Both the position numbers and the translations under genes were made by a program. From the NCBI GenBank assembly GCA_951406725.2, contig OX597814.1, forward strand, positions 7,874,001 through 7,938,000: a DNA stretch of 64,000 nucleotides, written 5' to 3'. This DNA comes from Octopus vulgaris. Lineage: Eukaryota. A model generated the notes under the pieces. That model was not told the DNA's origin, searched no databases, and worked only from the letters and a program-made list of their open reading frames with translations. Of this stretch, positions 41,329 through 54,371 are shown piece after piece; within the stretch, counting starts at the first letter, position 1, and every line of letters begins with the position of its first letter.

Positions 41329-42090
41329 TAGATTTTGGCATAACAGTCACAGAAATGCAAGAATTTAATTAAACTATTCTGTGATCTTTTCCAGACAAAA
41401 TAATTCTGTAAATGGAAGAAGATAATTTTATTAATAAGGCCAAATCCAGGATTTTACAGTCAGAAAGTGGAACACCTGTATTTTATGGTCTCCCTAAAAT
41501 ACACAAAAAGTTCAACAAATTTCCTCCAATGCACCCAATTTGCTGCACACATGTCTATTGCACAACCAAAATGTCAAAGTGGCTAGATGGCTTTCTACTC
41601 CCTGTTGCAAAAAGATCAAGTTCCTATATTCAGGATACTTGATTTTACATCTGAAATAAACAACCTTTTTAGGTACTGAAGCAATGTTGAAAGCTGTTTT
41701 TTGGTAATCATGAATGTTTCTTTCTTATATCCCAATATTAACCACCATACAGAGGTAGAATTATGCATGGATGCCTTTGAAAAATAGCTAAACAAAAGTA
41801 TTTCCTCAAATTTTCTCTGTAGGCTGTTAAAGCTTGTGTTACAAAGTAACACAATGATGTTTGGACAAACATTTTACCACCCAATAAAGGTTTATGCCAT
41901 GGGTACCCCTATGGCAGCTAATTTTGCTAATCTCTTCATGCGGAAATTCGAGACACAGTCACTGAAGACATTCAAATTCCTACATGGTCATCAACCAATA
42001 CTCTGGTCACGGTTCACTGATGAAGTCTTTTTTGTTTGGTAAGGATCACAGGGTAGTTTAATTGACTTCTTGCATTTCTGTGACTGTCTG
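41329..42090 (+). mobile_element. Penelope-like RT core, inverted relative to the adjacent 3' part
   Basis: FYGLPKIHK..SYIQDT; AMGTPMAANFANLFM; WSRFTDEVFFVW. Confidence 0.82.
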
Positions 42091-42171
42091 TGAAGTTATA
42101 TCAATCTTTTCAAAATAATATAATAATAATGATGAGGATAATATAATATAATAATAATAATAATAATAATA

Positions 42172-43218
42172 AAATCTGACATAGATAGGCTATATATACA
42201 ATGTATCGAAGGTGGTAAAGGCCTTATACAGCTAGAAAACTATTACAAAATAACCACCATAGGACTATAGAAATATCTACATCAGAGGCAAGGAAAATTA
42301 ATACAAATAGCCACAAAGCATGAACAAAACTAAAAACTGTTTTCAGTCTTAAAGAAAGCTGACAAATACAAACAAGAAGTCAAAGTACCTGACAACTATA
42401 AAGAAGAAGAAGAAACAACTGAAATCCAAACTAAAACTAGAACAGCAACGGATCATGATAAAACGATGGCAAGAAAAGCTCATTCGTGGCAAATACTGGG
42501 CTAAACTAAATGCAAAAGAAATAGACAGAGAAAAATCCCAGCAATGGTTGAGAAGCTCAGAACTCAAAGCAGAGACAGAGGGATTTTTAATTGCAGCACA
42601 AGACCAAAGCCTCCTCGCCAGAAATTACCAAAAACATATAATGAAGAGAAACATAACAAGTAACTGCAGAATATGTGGAGATGGACAAGAAACAATAAAT
42701 GATATTATCTCTGGCTGCCCAGTCCTGGCTGAGAAGGAATATATTCACAGACACAACAGAGTTGGGACCTACATATACTGGAAGCTCTGCCAACACTATG
42801 GAATACCAACAGAAAAAAGATGGTATAGGCCCACACCAGAAAAGGTCACAGAAAACAAGAAAGCAACCATACTCTGGGATATGCCGATACACACAAATAA
42901 AGAAATTAAAGCCTATATGCTGGATATATTTGTCATAGATCATGAAGAAAAAAAATGCTTTCTAATTGCTGTATCAATACCAGCAGATGACAATGTTTCT
43001 CTAACAGAAAGGGAGAAACTTTCAAAATACAAAGCTCTGGAATACGGAGTCTAAAAACAGAAACAATTCCCATCAAAGTAGGTGCATTAGGTATGATAAA
43101 AAAAAATTCAGACAAGTATATAACAAAAACACCAGGACTTACAAGTATATATAATGTAGAGGAAATAGCACAACTAGGCACTGCACACATCCTATGCAGA
43201 ACACTTTCAATACAGTAA
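42172..43218 (+). mobile_element. Dong/R4-like LINE 3' part (CCHC and RLE), same family as 3081-6520
   Basis: ORF 42455-43054 nearly identical to 3011-3394, then CRIC..RHNRVG..WDMPI; preceded by (TAA)n. Confidence 0.88.
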
Positions 43219-43274
43219 TCCTGTCTTTGTCAAGTTCAAAATAAGAAGTGATAAAAATTCAGAATTATAGAAAT

Positions 43275-44106
43275 TTAAGTTTAAAGTATGAACGAGAACA
43301 ACCAGCATCCACACATTGATGGAATGACATCATCAGTCTTTAAGCATTTGTACTGACATAGGGGATTACTGGAAACATGCAAATGCTTTTGTACATCATT
43401 ATGTCGACTGCAGCTATAGAGAATCACGATTAAAGGAAATAGCAAATGAAATAGCTAAGCTTAGCAAAGATAGTCAAACCTTCATGCCTAATTTTAACAA
43501 ACACATTACAATTGAATTCCTTTAGTGATTAACCGGCACCGAAATTTTGCTGGCCTTTCAAAAGTAATGCATAGAAGTTACCAACTTGCTGGGGCTGCCT
43601 ACTGGAGCCTAGCAGCAGGTATTTAAAGGGAAATTTGGCAAGACAGGCAGTCACCTGCTGATACTTGTTGACGCTACATCGAAGAGGCCAGGGAACAGAA
43701 GAAAGGAGACATACACCCAACACCAGAGCTGAAGACGCCTCCGAAAGGGGTGCCCTGCCACGTCAAAACAATAGAGGAGTAGGGGCCGAAACTGGACGTG
43801 GTTCTTCCTGATGATGTCTGTAAAGGAGCTGTTGTGGTAGCAGACCATGAAACACGGTTAAAATTCCCGCATGAGGAGAAATATGTTTGCTGGTTACTAA
43901 CATCATGCCCTGAAGGAATGAATAAGATGACAGGAGAATATCATCAAATTTATACAAAACTGTTTGATTAAATATTCTTCTTTTTTCTTTCCTTTTTTTT
44001 CTGTCTCTTTCTTTTTGCCTGTTATAAAATTAGAGCTTAAAAACTGATGATGTCATTCCATCAATGTGTGGATGCTGGTTGCTCTTGTTCATACTTCAAA
44101 TTTAAT
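43275..44106. mobile_element. Penelope-related composite bounded by a ~70-bp inverted repeat, with hammerhead-like motifs
   Basis: 43275-43346 is inverted at 44035-44106; 43345-43580 is homologous to the PLE at 40880-41130; CTGATGA..GAAAC at 43808-43853. Confidence 0.55.
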
Positions 44107-46623
44107 ATTTTGAACTCAACAAGTATAGACTTACTGTCGAAATATCATTCAACCAATAAAATATCTATGGCTATTGCATTGTGCTCTTTGTCTTGTCTTA
44201 ATAGTAATATTAATAATAATAATGATGATAACAGTATTGAAATTTCTTGGCATGCCCTCTGTATGGTGGATGTATCAGAGTTCACCACTTGACCCTGACC
44301 CCCAATATAATCATCCAGTCCCCTCCACTTCATCAGTGTCAGCAGTACTCGGGTCACCTTATGAACCCCCTGCTTTTTTCCTTAAACATATTTTTTTGTT
44401 CTTCCCCTCATTGCTCTCAGCATTGTTCATTTGTGTCTCACCACCACCACCACCACCACCAGTGCAGCCATGGTGGCAGGCCAGAAATTGGTCAATATCC
44501 ATGAAGGACAGGCCATCAGGGACAAACCCAGCAACCTCACAGTGGATACTTTGTGAGATGAATGTTTTTCTTTGTATTTGATCACCCTGCAGGACAAAAA
44601 CCGAAACCAGGCAAATGGTGGAGGGTCTCAGTTTGAATCAATGACCATCCAGACAGTATTTCTTTATTATTATTATTATTATTATTATTATTGCTGCTGA
44701 AGACAGCATTGTTATTGTCATATCGTTGTACACTATGATAGTAGCAGTAATGATAATGTGTACCTGCCGAGACCAGAGAAGATAGAGAGGTCCCCTTTAT
44801 TGGGTTAGGTCTACGACAACGAGAGGAAGGTCTCTTTTGCCTTAGAGATGGTTGCTTTTGGTTGTAACACCACAGTCCTCTTTATGAGTGAAATGCCAAA
44901 TAAAAATTATCATCACAACACTGAATCCCCAAGTAAAAGCCTTTTGCGACCTACTGTACATCCAGGTGGGCTTGGTCGTTTATTCGAATACTTCTGTAAA
45001 GTTGAGAAGAAGATGATCTCAGAATGACAAAAGGGCCACAATGGAATGTTATGGCAGAAGTGAGTCTACCAAACTAGGATACAGGAAATGGAGGCATGAA
45101 ATATGGATAGAGAAACACATGATCCCTCTCTCCGAATATTGTTCTGTGAAATCCTTTGTAAATTAAAGTCTCCGTTTAACTTATGCTAGCATGAAAAAGT
45201 GGGGGGATGGATGGAAGCTGCAGTCTGGGATCAAGAAAAAAAAGACCAGGATTAGAGTTATGGCATCTGGAATGTCATCTGGCATTCACTGGCAATCAAG
45301 TATTGTGGTCATGGAAGTTCTATGTTAGCAATATATAGAAATCTATTGTTGGCTAAGAGCAATGACATTCTCAGGAAAACATTAGGTGTTGACCAGTATG
45401 AAGCATCTGGTCTGCTTTGGAGGACATTCAGGCCAGGAATTAGCACAGGTAGTTTCCAGAAATTCTTGGTCTGGCTACCGAGGAACAGCGCTGGCATAAA
45501 CTCTATGGATGGGACTGGCTGAGATGCCCTCGTACAGTGTCCAAGCATTTCTGATCTGCAGAGTCATGTTGAACAGCTGTTGGCACATGTAGGAAGGATC
45601 TGGCTATGAGTTGAGTCTGTTCTGAGGATTGCCCCATCACTGACCTTTAACAAAGCAGGGCAGATGATGTTTCTCTCCCTAGAGAAAGGGCTTGTGTGGT
45701 GGACGAGGCCGAAAAAAATTAAGGAAAGACACCTTCCACTTCAGTTAAACCCAGATACCTTTTTTTTTTAAAGTTCCATTTGGAAAAGAAAGTGAGGGTG
45801 GAGAGGGAAGGTGGCTGACTGGTAAGAATGATTAGGGTGAACGAAGCTCCTTTAGGCATGCACCTGGTGAGTGGAGGGCAACAGTGGAGTGAGGACTCGT
45901 GCCCTTCATGGTCAGGAGATCCTGGATCTGTGGGGTTCATTGATTGGTACTTTCTTTCCCTTCATCCTTTATGTGATCCCCACACACACAGATTGTAAAA
46001 TGTCCGAGTAATGCCCCTCACTTACACCCTGTGGCAAATAAAAGAAATCATCATCATCATCATAATTATTGCATTCTATATTAATCAGCAGGGATGTTGC
46101 CTTGATGTTTAATGACAACAGGTCACCTCAAATCCGAAGAATCTTTCTCTATTTACATAATGGTCTGCTAGTTATAAAGCTTTTCATTGAGTACTGCCTC
46201 CTCCAAGTATTGCCTTTTGGCGATACCTCACACCCCCACACACACACAAATCCTATGATGTCCACAGTTTCTCTCTTCCAAATATCAGTCACAAGGCTCT
46301 GGTCATCTTGAGGCTGTGGTAGGAGATACTTGCTCAAGGTGCTGTTGGACAGTGGGATTGAACTAGAACCAATTAATTGTACAGGGAACCTCATAATCCT
46401 CTCGGCTATAGAGCAAACAATGAGGCCTCTAAGTGACAACTTGATCTGCTAGAAAAGGCAGTTAAATCTTCTTCATGTACCACCTAATATCTTAAAGAAG
46501 GAAGGACACTTGGGGGTGTTTATGGTCGGAATGACTCTGACCTGGTTCTACACCAACACAACCATGCCCTCCACTCATAAATAATGACATTTTCTCAATT
46601 TCTTCTGCTGTTTTGATTTTCAG

Positions 46624-46860
46624 ATGCAGAAAATGTCGTCAAAAAGAAGGTCCATAATGTAAGCAAACATGAACTTCAAGTGGACTGGTATAAAAATCTA
46701 GTCTGGCAAGAAGATGCAATGATTGTGTCAAATGGCCCCAAAGACATGTCGGACAAAATGTTAATTGATTTTTTGGAAGAGTACGGGAAATTAGAAATTC
46801 TACACGTCTTCCCTGGAAGAAAACCTGGAACTTTTCTTGTGTATTGCGTAAATGAAATTG
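46624..46860 (+). CDS. Host gene coding exon 3 (RRM-like)
   Basis: TTTTCAG acceptor, TTG/GTAAGT donor, 237 nt, phase 1-1, open frame DAENVVKKKVH..FLVYCVNEI. Confidence 0.85.
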
Positions 46861-46967
46861 GTAAGTTTCTTCAAGTTTGATTTGTTCCGAAAAAGATTTC
46901 TTGAATTTTGTTTTGTTAATAGGATTGGTATATCTTTTGTGTTTTAATTGTTTTAATCTAATGACTC

Positions 46968-47321
46968 AGGCCATGCTGGGGCACCACCTTGAGGATCTTT
47001 TTGTGTCAAAAGAATCGACCCTAGTGGTTCCTACTTTTTAAAACCTAGAAACTTATTTTATCACTCCATTTTGCTGATCTGTTAAGTTACAGGAACATAA
47101 ACACACTGATACCAGTCATCAAGCAGTGGCGGGTAACAAATAGACACAAAGACACACATACTGGGCTTCTTTCAGTTTCCATCTACCAAATCCACTAACA
47201 ATGCCTTGGTTGAACTGAGGCTACAATAGAAGATTCTCACCCAAGGTGCCATGCAGTGGGACTGAACCCAGAACCATGTGGTTGGGAAGCAGACTTCTTA
47301 GCACACAGCCTTGTCTGCACT
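46968..47321 (-). mobile_element. tRNA-derived SINE
   Basis: Minus strand GGCTGTGTGCTAG (A box-like) and GGGTTCAGTCCC (B box); homologous to 52330-52771. Confidence 0.7.
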
Positions 47322-48037
47322 TATTTATATCTTTTATTTCTTCCCAGATATTGCCTTTTGGTTTCTCACATTTATCAGGAAAGGAAGAAATTTGTCAGGA
47401 ATGATGGTTATCAGGCAGGAAATCAGAAATATTAGAGATGATGTTTTATCAGTGAAACTGATTCCAGTATTTGACCGTTCCTTCAGTTTCTAAACATTGG
47501 AAAGAGGGAAAGTAAATGGAATATTTTACCATCTTTGTTTGATTGATAGGGGGAACTTGTTACAAATTTCTATCTAAAATGAAAAGAAAACTGAGTCTTT
47601 ACCTTGTAAATGCATATTACTGAATAATAAAATAAATATATAGTTTAATTCTAAACCAAAATATATTTTGTGCGTCTTGGGAGGGTCATTGTGCCAATGA
47701 TAAACACATGCACAAGTCTGCCTGTCTTTTACTTTTAATTATAGTTTCAATATAAAACAAATATGTTGAGTAATGATACTCTCATAATATTGAACACATC
47801 AAACTAAAATTTTCAAATCAATAAAATTCTACAAAGGACTTTCCACACAGGATTATATATTCGGTTGGTGTGATCTTTTCTTTTGTCTGTTGTTTCACCT
47901 CTCCATTTTATTTACCATTTCTCATTACAGACTCTGAAACATTTCTTCTTTCTTCTAGCACTTTCATCTTTATAATTCAGAGCATTCCTTAACTCTTTAG
48001 CATTCAGATTAATCTGTCAAGCGTTCTGCTTATTTAT

Positions 48038-51000
48038 TGTTATGGGGAATAATAATAATAATAATAATAATAATAGAACACCCCTCCCACGTGACAAGTG
48101 GTACATGCTAGTTGTTGCAAATACTGTGACATTAAGAAATTATTACAGCAGCAAATGCTACAATTAAAGAACAGTAAGTCATTTTAAAAAGGCTGAGAAG
48201 ACGTTCTCGCCAGATTATGTTGCAAACTGAGAAACGGAATTTAAGTATGAACCAGATGAAGGAGTTACCTTCAAGGCCTACTATAGAAAATATGAACAGA
48301 TCTTCAATAAAGAGGGCAAAGTTTGGGACGACAATATGAAAACACGTCTAATCTTAAGAAAACTGGCAACAGGAGAAAATGAGCATTACAGCAAATATTG
48401 TACTTCTGAAAAAAAACCTTCTGACATAAACTTCAAAAATACAATAGACATATTGTGTAAAATTTTTAGCAATAAAATCTCGTTGTTCGATACATGGTGG
48501 AAATGCTTGATCCTAGAACAACAAAGAGGACTACATCACATATGCTGGTTGAGTTAATAGGGAAAGTGAAAAGTTCAAGCTGGACAAATTAATGCCAGAC
48601 ATGTTCAAGTGCCTGATATTTACTCAGGGACTAACTGCAGAAATTGATGCAGAAGTAAGAACAAGAATTCTCGCTAAGCTGGAACAAAACCAAGTTGTCA
48701 ACTTACAAGTGTCAGAAGAATGGGAAAGAATAGTAAATTTAAGACACAACACAGAATTGAGCATAATGATTGCTCCCAAGTGAAACAAGTGTGAAACAGG
48801 CAGAATAGAAACCAAGTGTGTACTAGAATACAAAACAGACAGGGTGAAAATCAGGAAACAAACCCATTTAAGGAAATAGAATTTTTCCATTGTGGAAAAA
48901 TTGGATACTAGAACAGGTAAAGAAGGAATTTGAAAGACTTGAAATCCTAAGAATAATCAAGAAGACAGACCACTTAGATTGGTCAGCACCTACTTTGTAT
49001 GTAAAAAAAAAAAAAGTAAGTTAAAAGTTTGTTCAGATTTTTCAATGGGGTTGAATAATTGCTTAATCTCACATAACTACCCATTGCCAAGTCCTGAGGA
49101 AGTGTTTGCAAAATTAAATGGAGGGAAATTCTCTTCAAAATCAAACCACTTGGAGGCATTTTTAGGATTAGTAAATTATTATCAAATTTATATTCCCAAT
49201 ATACACAATGTAAGGGACCCACTAAATGATTTGTTAAAGAAAAATTTGAAATGGTGCAGGACTGATAAATGCCAGAATGCATTTGACAAATTAAAGGACA
49301 TTTTAACATCAAACTTATTGTTAACGCATTTTGATCTGAGGCTGGATATTTCATTGGTGACAGATGTGAGTGATTAAGGTGTAGAAGTAGTGATTCTGTA
49401 CAAATATGATGATGGGAGTAAAAAGGTTGTAGCCCATGCATCACAATTCTTATTACCACCTGAGAGGAACTATAGTCAGATAGAAAAAGAAGTGTTAGCA
49501 ATCATATTCAGTGTGAAAAAATTCCAAAGATTAATTCATGAAAGAAGTTTCTCTCTACAAATGGATCATCGCCCACTACTCTCAATATATGGTTCTAAAA
49601 AAGGAATTCCAACACACTCAGTGAATAGATAACAGCTGTGGGGCATTTCATAATTGAAGTATGACTACAAAATGGAATATTTACCATGAAAAAACTAGGG
49701 AATGTGGATGGTTTGTCTAGAAGGACACTGAAACACTGTGAGCCATTTAACAGCAGAAGAAGAAATAAAAAATGTATTGTGGGATTGTTAAGTGAATTAC
49801 TGGTGACACTAGAAGACATAAAATGAAATGTGGAAATTCATAACAGAAATGAAAATAATACTGTAGACAGGAAGAGTAAATAGGAACAGGATTGGTGTGA
49901 ACCAAAAGCAAGATGTAAACCTATACTCAGTTTGTGATGGTGTATAAATTGTATGCCCAGAGAGTAGTAATACGGGAAGCATTGCAAAAGAAAATGTTGA
50001 GGGAATTCCATGTTGGACATCCTGGTATTTCAAGGATGAAAACTTTAATGTATAGCTACGTGTACTGGCCAAAAATGGATAGAGTGTTATGGCGAGAATC
50101 ATGACACCCCCTGTGAGAATGGACTGGCCAAACTCATATAAGTAGCAGCATGTTTGACTGAGAGCAAGAGATGAGAAATCGCAGGAAGTCGAAAGGTGTC
50201 GTTCATGAGTTCATGGAGTCGCAGGAAATTGTTGAGAAGTTGTTATAGTTCGTTGAGAGTTGTTTTGGATTGGTTACAGTTGTTGGCAGAGTATTTGGGA
50301 TTACATCAAGTGGAGACAGTTGATGTCTACTGCGTTACGTGTATCACACTGTTATCAGTGCATGACACTAAGGTGTCATGTACAGAAACCATGCTACAAA
50401 ATAGAGGAAATTGAAAATTTAGTGTAAGGTTGCAGAGGATGTGCCCTAGCAGCAAAATTACCGACAATAAAAAGTGAACCTTGGCCAAAAGTAGATGTCC
50501 CCTGGTCAAGATTACACATTGATTTCGTTGGTCCCTGAAACGGTTCACACTACTTAGTGGTAGTAAATAGTTTCTGGAAATGGTCAGAAATTTGTAAGTG
50601 TAAAAACCCAACCTCCCCAACTACAACAAACTTTCTACATGAGCTGTTTGCGAGATTTGGCATTCCAGACACAACAGTGTCTGACAATGGAATGCAATTC
50701 ATGTCTTGAATTTAAAAGTTTTGTAAAATGTTCCCCGTAGAACATGTAACTACTGTGCCATACCATCCCAGATTTAATAGATAAGCAGAATTTGATACAT
50801 TCAAAAGAGGCCTAAGAAAGTTGAATAAGGAAGTCAAGGATGAGATAGTTTTACAACAATTCTTAGAGTATACCATGTGACATCAGATCCAAACACACCA
50901 GCAGGTATGTCAGCAGTGGAGCTGATGTTTGTGAGGAAAATCAAATCAGTCTTTGACAAATTACTATCTGGCAAGAAAAGGAAAATTGCAATGGAAAATA

Positions 51001-51720
51001 CAGCAAAATATTTAACAAAATTGGTGAAGATGTATTTGTTAGGGCATATAAGATCAGAAAACAAAGTTGGGAAGATGGCTTGATTACCAAACGCATTGGA
51101 ACAATGCTATACTTGCTCTAAAAGGAAGGAAAATGGTATACAAGAGACATGTGAATCAACTGAAAAAAAAAGATTCATTGAGAATGAACCCAAGAGAATG
51201 GAAGAACCAATAGAATGGTTCTATGATGCTTTTCAAGTACCAATGCCACTACAAACAATTGAACCTAGATGCACAAGTATAAGGAAAAGAAAATATAGGG
51301 AGTTCCTGAAAGTGAATGCCAAATGCAAAAGAATTATAAATATGTAACTGTATGAAAAAATCTCAAAAAAGGTAGATGGAGTGATGTAAAAATGATTGTT
51401 AATAAATAAAATTACATTCCCTAAGATAAAAAAAGAAAACTTAAAAAGGGAGGTGGAGTGATGTAAAAATGATTGTTAATAAATAAAATTACATTCCCTA
51501 AGATAAAAAAAAGAAAACTTAAAAGGGAGGTGTTATGAGGATAATGGCAATAATGGAACACCCTTCCCACATAATGAGTGGTATGTGCTAATCATTACAA
51601 ATACTGTGACATCAAGCAGTTGGAATAGTCAGTCATAGATAGGCCTGTCTTTACTTGTCCAACTAACTATACAACTGTACCGGAGTGGATGTTATAACAG
51701 TCTAGCATTGGTTTACAACA
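48038..51720 (+). mobile_element. Ty3/Gypsy (Mag-like) LTR retrotransposon, internally deleted
   Basis: TG...CA termini; 5-bp TSD TTTAT (48033-37 / 51721-25); LTR similarity 48038-48137 vs 51531-51615; PPT AAAAGGGAGG before the 3' LTR; RT, RNase H (NYSQIEKE, DHRPL) and integrase (GHPG, SDNG) remnants. Confidence 0.9.
50085..50401. mobile_element. Nested insertion (probable solo LTR) in the Gypsy integrase zinc-finger region
   Basis: Interrupts YWPKMDR/EIENLV; flanked by TAGAG direct repeats; starts TGT. Confidence 0.7.
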
Positions 51721-51987
51721 TTTATTCAGATTGTTTTGAATTAATAATGTATTATCTCATAGCTTTGAGATTTTGATGAGCTAAATGTTAATTTTCAGAA
51801 CGATGTTGTAGGGTTGGTGTGAGAGGCCAGATATGGTTTGCTTAAATGTTCAAGGATTAAACATTTCTTAATATTTTCTGGATTCTTTATATTACCAAAA
51901 AGTTCATAGAAAAAAAAAAGCGAGAGCAGCAAGTATATTTAACACACTGCTTCTTGCTTTGATAACTTTCAATAAATATTGGAATGG

Positions 51988-52190
51988 AAGAAGGTGGCCA
52001 GCTGGTCGAATTGTTAGCATGCTGGACAAAATGCTTAGCTGCATTTCATCTGTCTTCATGCTCTGTGTTCAAATTCTGCTGAGAATAACTTTGCCTTTCG
52101 TCCTTTCAGGGTTCAAAAAAATAAATACCAGCTGAATACTAGGGTCGATGCAATCAACTAACCCTTCCCTCTAAATTGCTGGCTTTACAT
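51988..52190 (+). mobile_element. tRNA-derived SINE (second family), degenerate
   Basis: B box-like GTTCAAATTC followed by GCCTTTCGTCCTTTCAGGGTT central motif. Confidence 0.55.
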
Positions 52191-52329
52191 ATTGGAATGG
52201 TCATGGCTGGATTGTCTTTCATCATAAATCTGCTCAGTCAAATTTTGTTTCTTATGTTTTACACTTTACTTATCCCTAAATAGAAATACCTTTTACATTT
52301 AAGGATGAGTAAACATTAACTAAAGGACA

Positions 52330-52771
52330 CATCATCATCATCACCATCATCATGATCATCATCACTGTTTTAACGTCTGCTTTTCCATGCTTGCATGGGT
52401 TGGACAAAATTTGATGATGAGTTGGATTTTCTGCAGCTGGATGCTCTTCTTGTTGCCAACCCTCACCTATTTCCAAGTAAGGTAATGTTTCCCCGTGACC
52501 AGACATGTTTTAAGGAAGATTGGAAATGAAAGACACTGCTTGTATAACAGGGACACTCGTTTACAACAGGCAAGGAGACAGTAACATACAGACGGACAGA
52601 CAGACAAATGGCTTCTTTCAGTCTTCGTCCACCAAATCCATTCATAAGGCTTTGGTTAACCCAAGGCTATAGTAGAATACATTTTTTCCAAGTGCTATAC
52701 AGTGGGACTGAACCCAAAACCATATGGCTGGGAAGCAACCATCTTACCACACAGCCACACCTGTGCCTATA
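52330..52771 (-). mobile_element. tRNA-derived SINE with RTE-like 3' tail
   Basis: Minus-strand head TGGCTGTGTGGTAAG..GGGTTCAGTCCC; 3' end CCAACCCATGCAAGCATGGAAAAG..(GAT)n shared with the RTE LINEs. Confidence 0.75.
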
Positions 52772-52932
52772 TGGAGTTATTAAATAATTGGAACTGCATT
52801 TTAATGCTAAAATCTCCAAATTTGAAGAATTCTCAAAATCATTTCAATCTAAAATGTATTAAAGCATCAGTAAATTGACTTCAATTTGATTCTTTTACCA
52901 AAATGTATTTCCATTCACTGTATTTATTGCAG

Positions 52933-53166
52933 ATTTTGAGGATGTTCAGAGGATGTGCCAAAACAACCCCTTAAAAGGAAATCAACTGAAAGTGGATAGA
53001 ATTAAGGAAATAAACAGTGTTCAAGTGAAAAATGTTTCTTCAAATGTCAGCTCTGAGAGTCTTCAAAGCTATTTTGGAAATAGAAAAGAAAGTTCTGGTG
53101 GAGATATTTCTTCAGTTCAACAACAAACCTCTGATACTTACATTATAAGTTTTAAAGAGGCAAATG
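52933..53166 (+). CDS. Host gene coding exon 4: PARP14/PARP10-like RRM
   Basis: TTGCAG acceptor, ATG/GTAAGT donor, 234 nt, phase 1-1; SVQVKNV..LQSYFGNRKESSGGDI..YIISF. Confidence 0.87.
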
Positions 53167-53229
53167 GTAAGTCATTTTTTTCTGCTCTCTTTGTCTAGTC
53201 TACTTATCAGAGTCAGTTATTAGCATTGT

Positions 53230-53790
53230 TTTAATTCAGGTTTTGTTGGAACTCCTGGAGGCTTGCTATCCACAGCCTACGGTACCATGCTATCTCTTCT
53301 GTTCAGCCATGTAATATTTTCTTGATGATAATGGCTGTGACAAGGAGGCAGACTTTTGGTAACAGCTCTACTCGGCGCTCTGTCCTCATTTCCTCTTAAT
53401 ATCTTCTGATACTGTCCCCAGGGCCCCAATAATAATTAGAATTATCTCCATCTTTCACGGTCAAGCACATTTAAGAGGATTGTCTACTTGTTCACCTAAC
53501 TAATTGTGGGTCAAATGCGTATGCAACATCAGTTATAGAGCACATGTGGTTCACCTTGTCCACAACGACCAGGCCTGGCTTGTTGTACTCAAGCGCTTGG
53601 CCCATTCTGCATTGAAAAATCCCACAAGATTTTACAGGTCTCTGACTCTGTGATTCTCTGTGGTTTCTGTTTGTACCATGTTTTGCTTCCCTCTAACCCA
53701 AACTTTCCTCACACTTTCCAATGCAGCACTTTTGTAACCTCATCATGTCACCACAACTCATATTGGTTTGGGGCAAGTTGAGAGGACATC
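53230..53790 (-). mobile_element. Degenerate Dong/R4-like 3' (RLE) fragment
   Basis: Minus-strand remnants resembling LHWKVC, ILWDF, KPGLVV and IIIGALGT. Confidence 0.6.
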
Positions 53791-54196
53791 CTCAATCAAC
53801 AACACCACACACAACAACAACAGCAGGAGTTGCAGCAGCAGCAATTACAAAGTAAAGACAGCACCATTACAAAGTAGATAGCAATTAACTCAAAAATGCA
53901 GGTCTCATGAATTACATACCAACATAACAGAAGAACATTTTGTTACACCCACAATCTCCCTACCTACACACATGCATATCGTTCAAACAAACAGCTAAAA
54001 ACCCTATTTCCACAGGAAGTTTTCAAAGAATTATCACCAAGAGAATATTTGGTAATTTGCTGGAGCAAACAACCCAATCCATTGGGGTGAGGATAGGGGG
54101 AGACAACCTGCCCTATATTTAAGAGATGAGGAATTCTGTACATTATTTAAATTATTTACATTCAACGGATATTTGTCCTCATCTTGTTTCTTGTTA

Positions 54197-54237
54197 ACAC
54201 GTTTCGGCTGATATACCCTCCAGCCTTCTTCAGGTGT
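54197..54237 (-). ncRNA. Type I hammerhead remnant (stem III and cleavage triplet appear missing)
   Basis: ACAC-CTGAAGA-A-GGCTG-GAGGGTATAT-CAGCC-GAAAC-GTGT. Confidence 0.6.
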
Positions 54238-54371
54238 CTTGCGGAAATTTTAAAACTGGGTTCTCATTCCTAAGGTATTTTTTCTATATTATTATTATTA
54301 TTATTGTTGATATTATTATTATCATTATTATTATTAGTAGTAGTAATAATAATAGTAGTGGTGGTGGTGGT

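Larger units (their letters stand above)
47993..51856. mobile_element. piggyBac-type MITE split by the Gypsy insertion (halves 47993-48037 and 51721-51856)
   Basis: TTAA-CTCTTTAGCATTCAGA left end; right half homologous to 23592-23809 in reverse; ends in TTAA. Confidence 0.65.

Noticed and set aside
44760-45950. Possible old LINE or coding remnant
   Set aside because: No motif I could confidently assign; left unannotated
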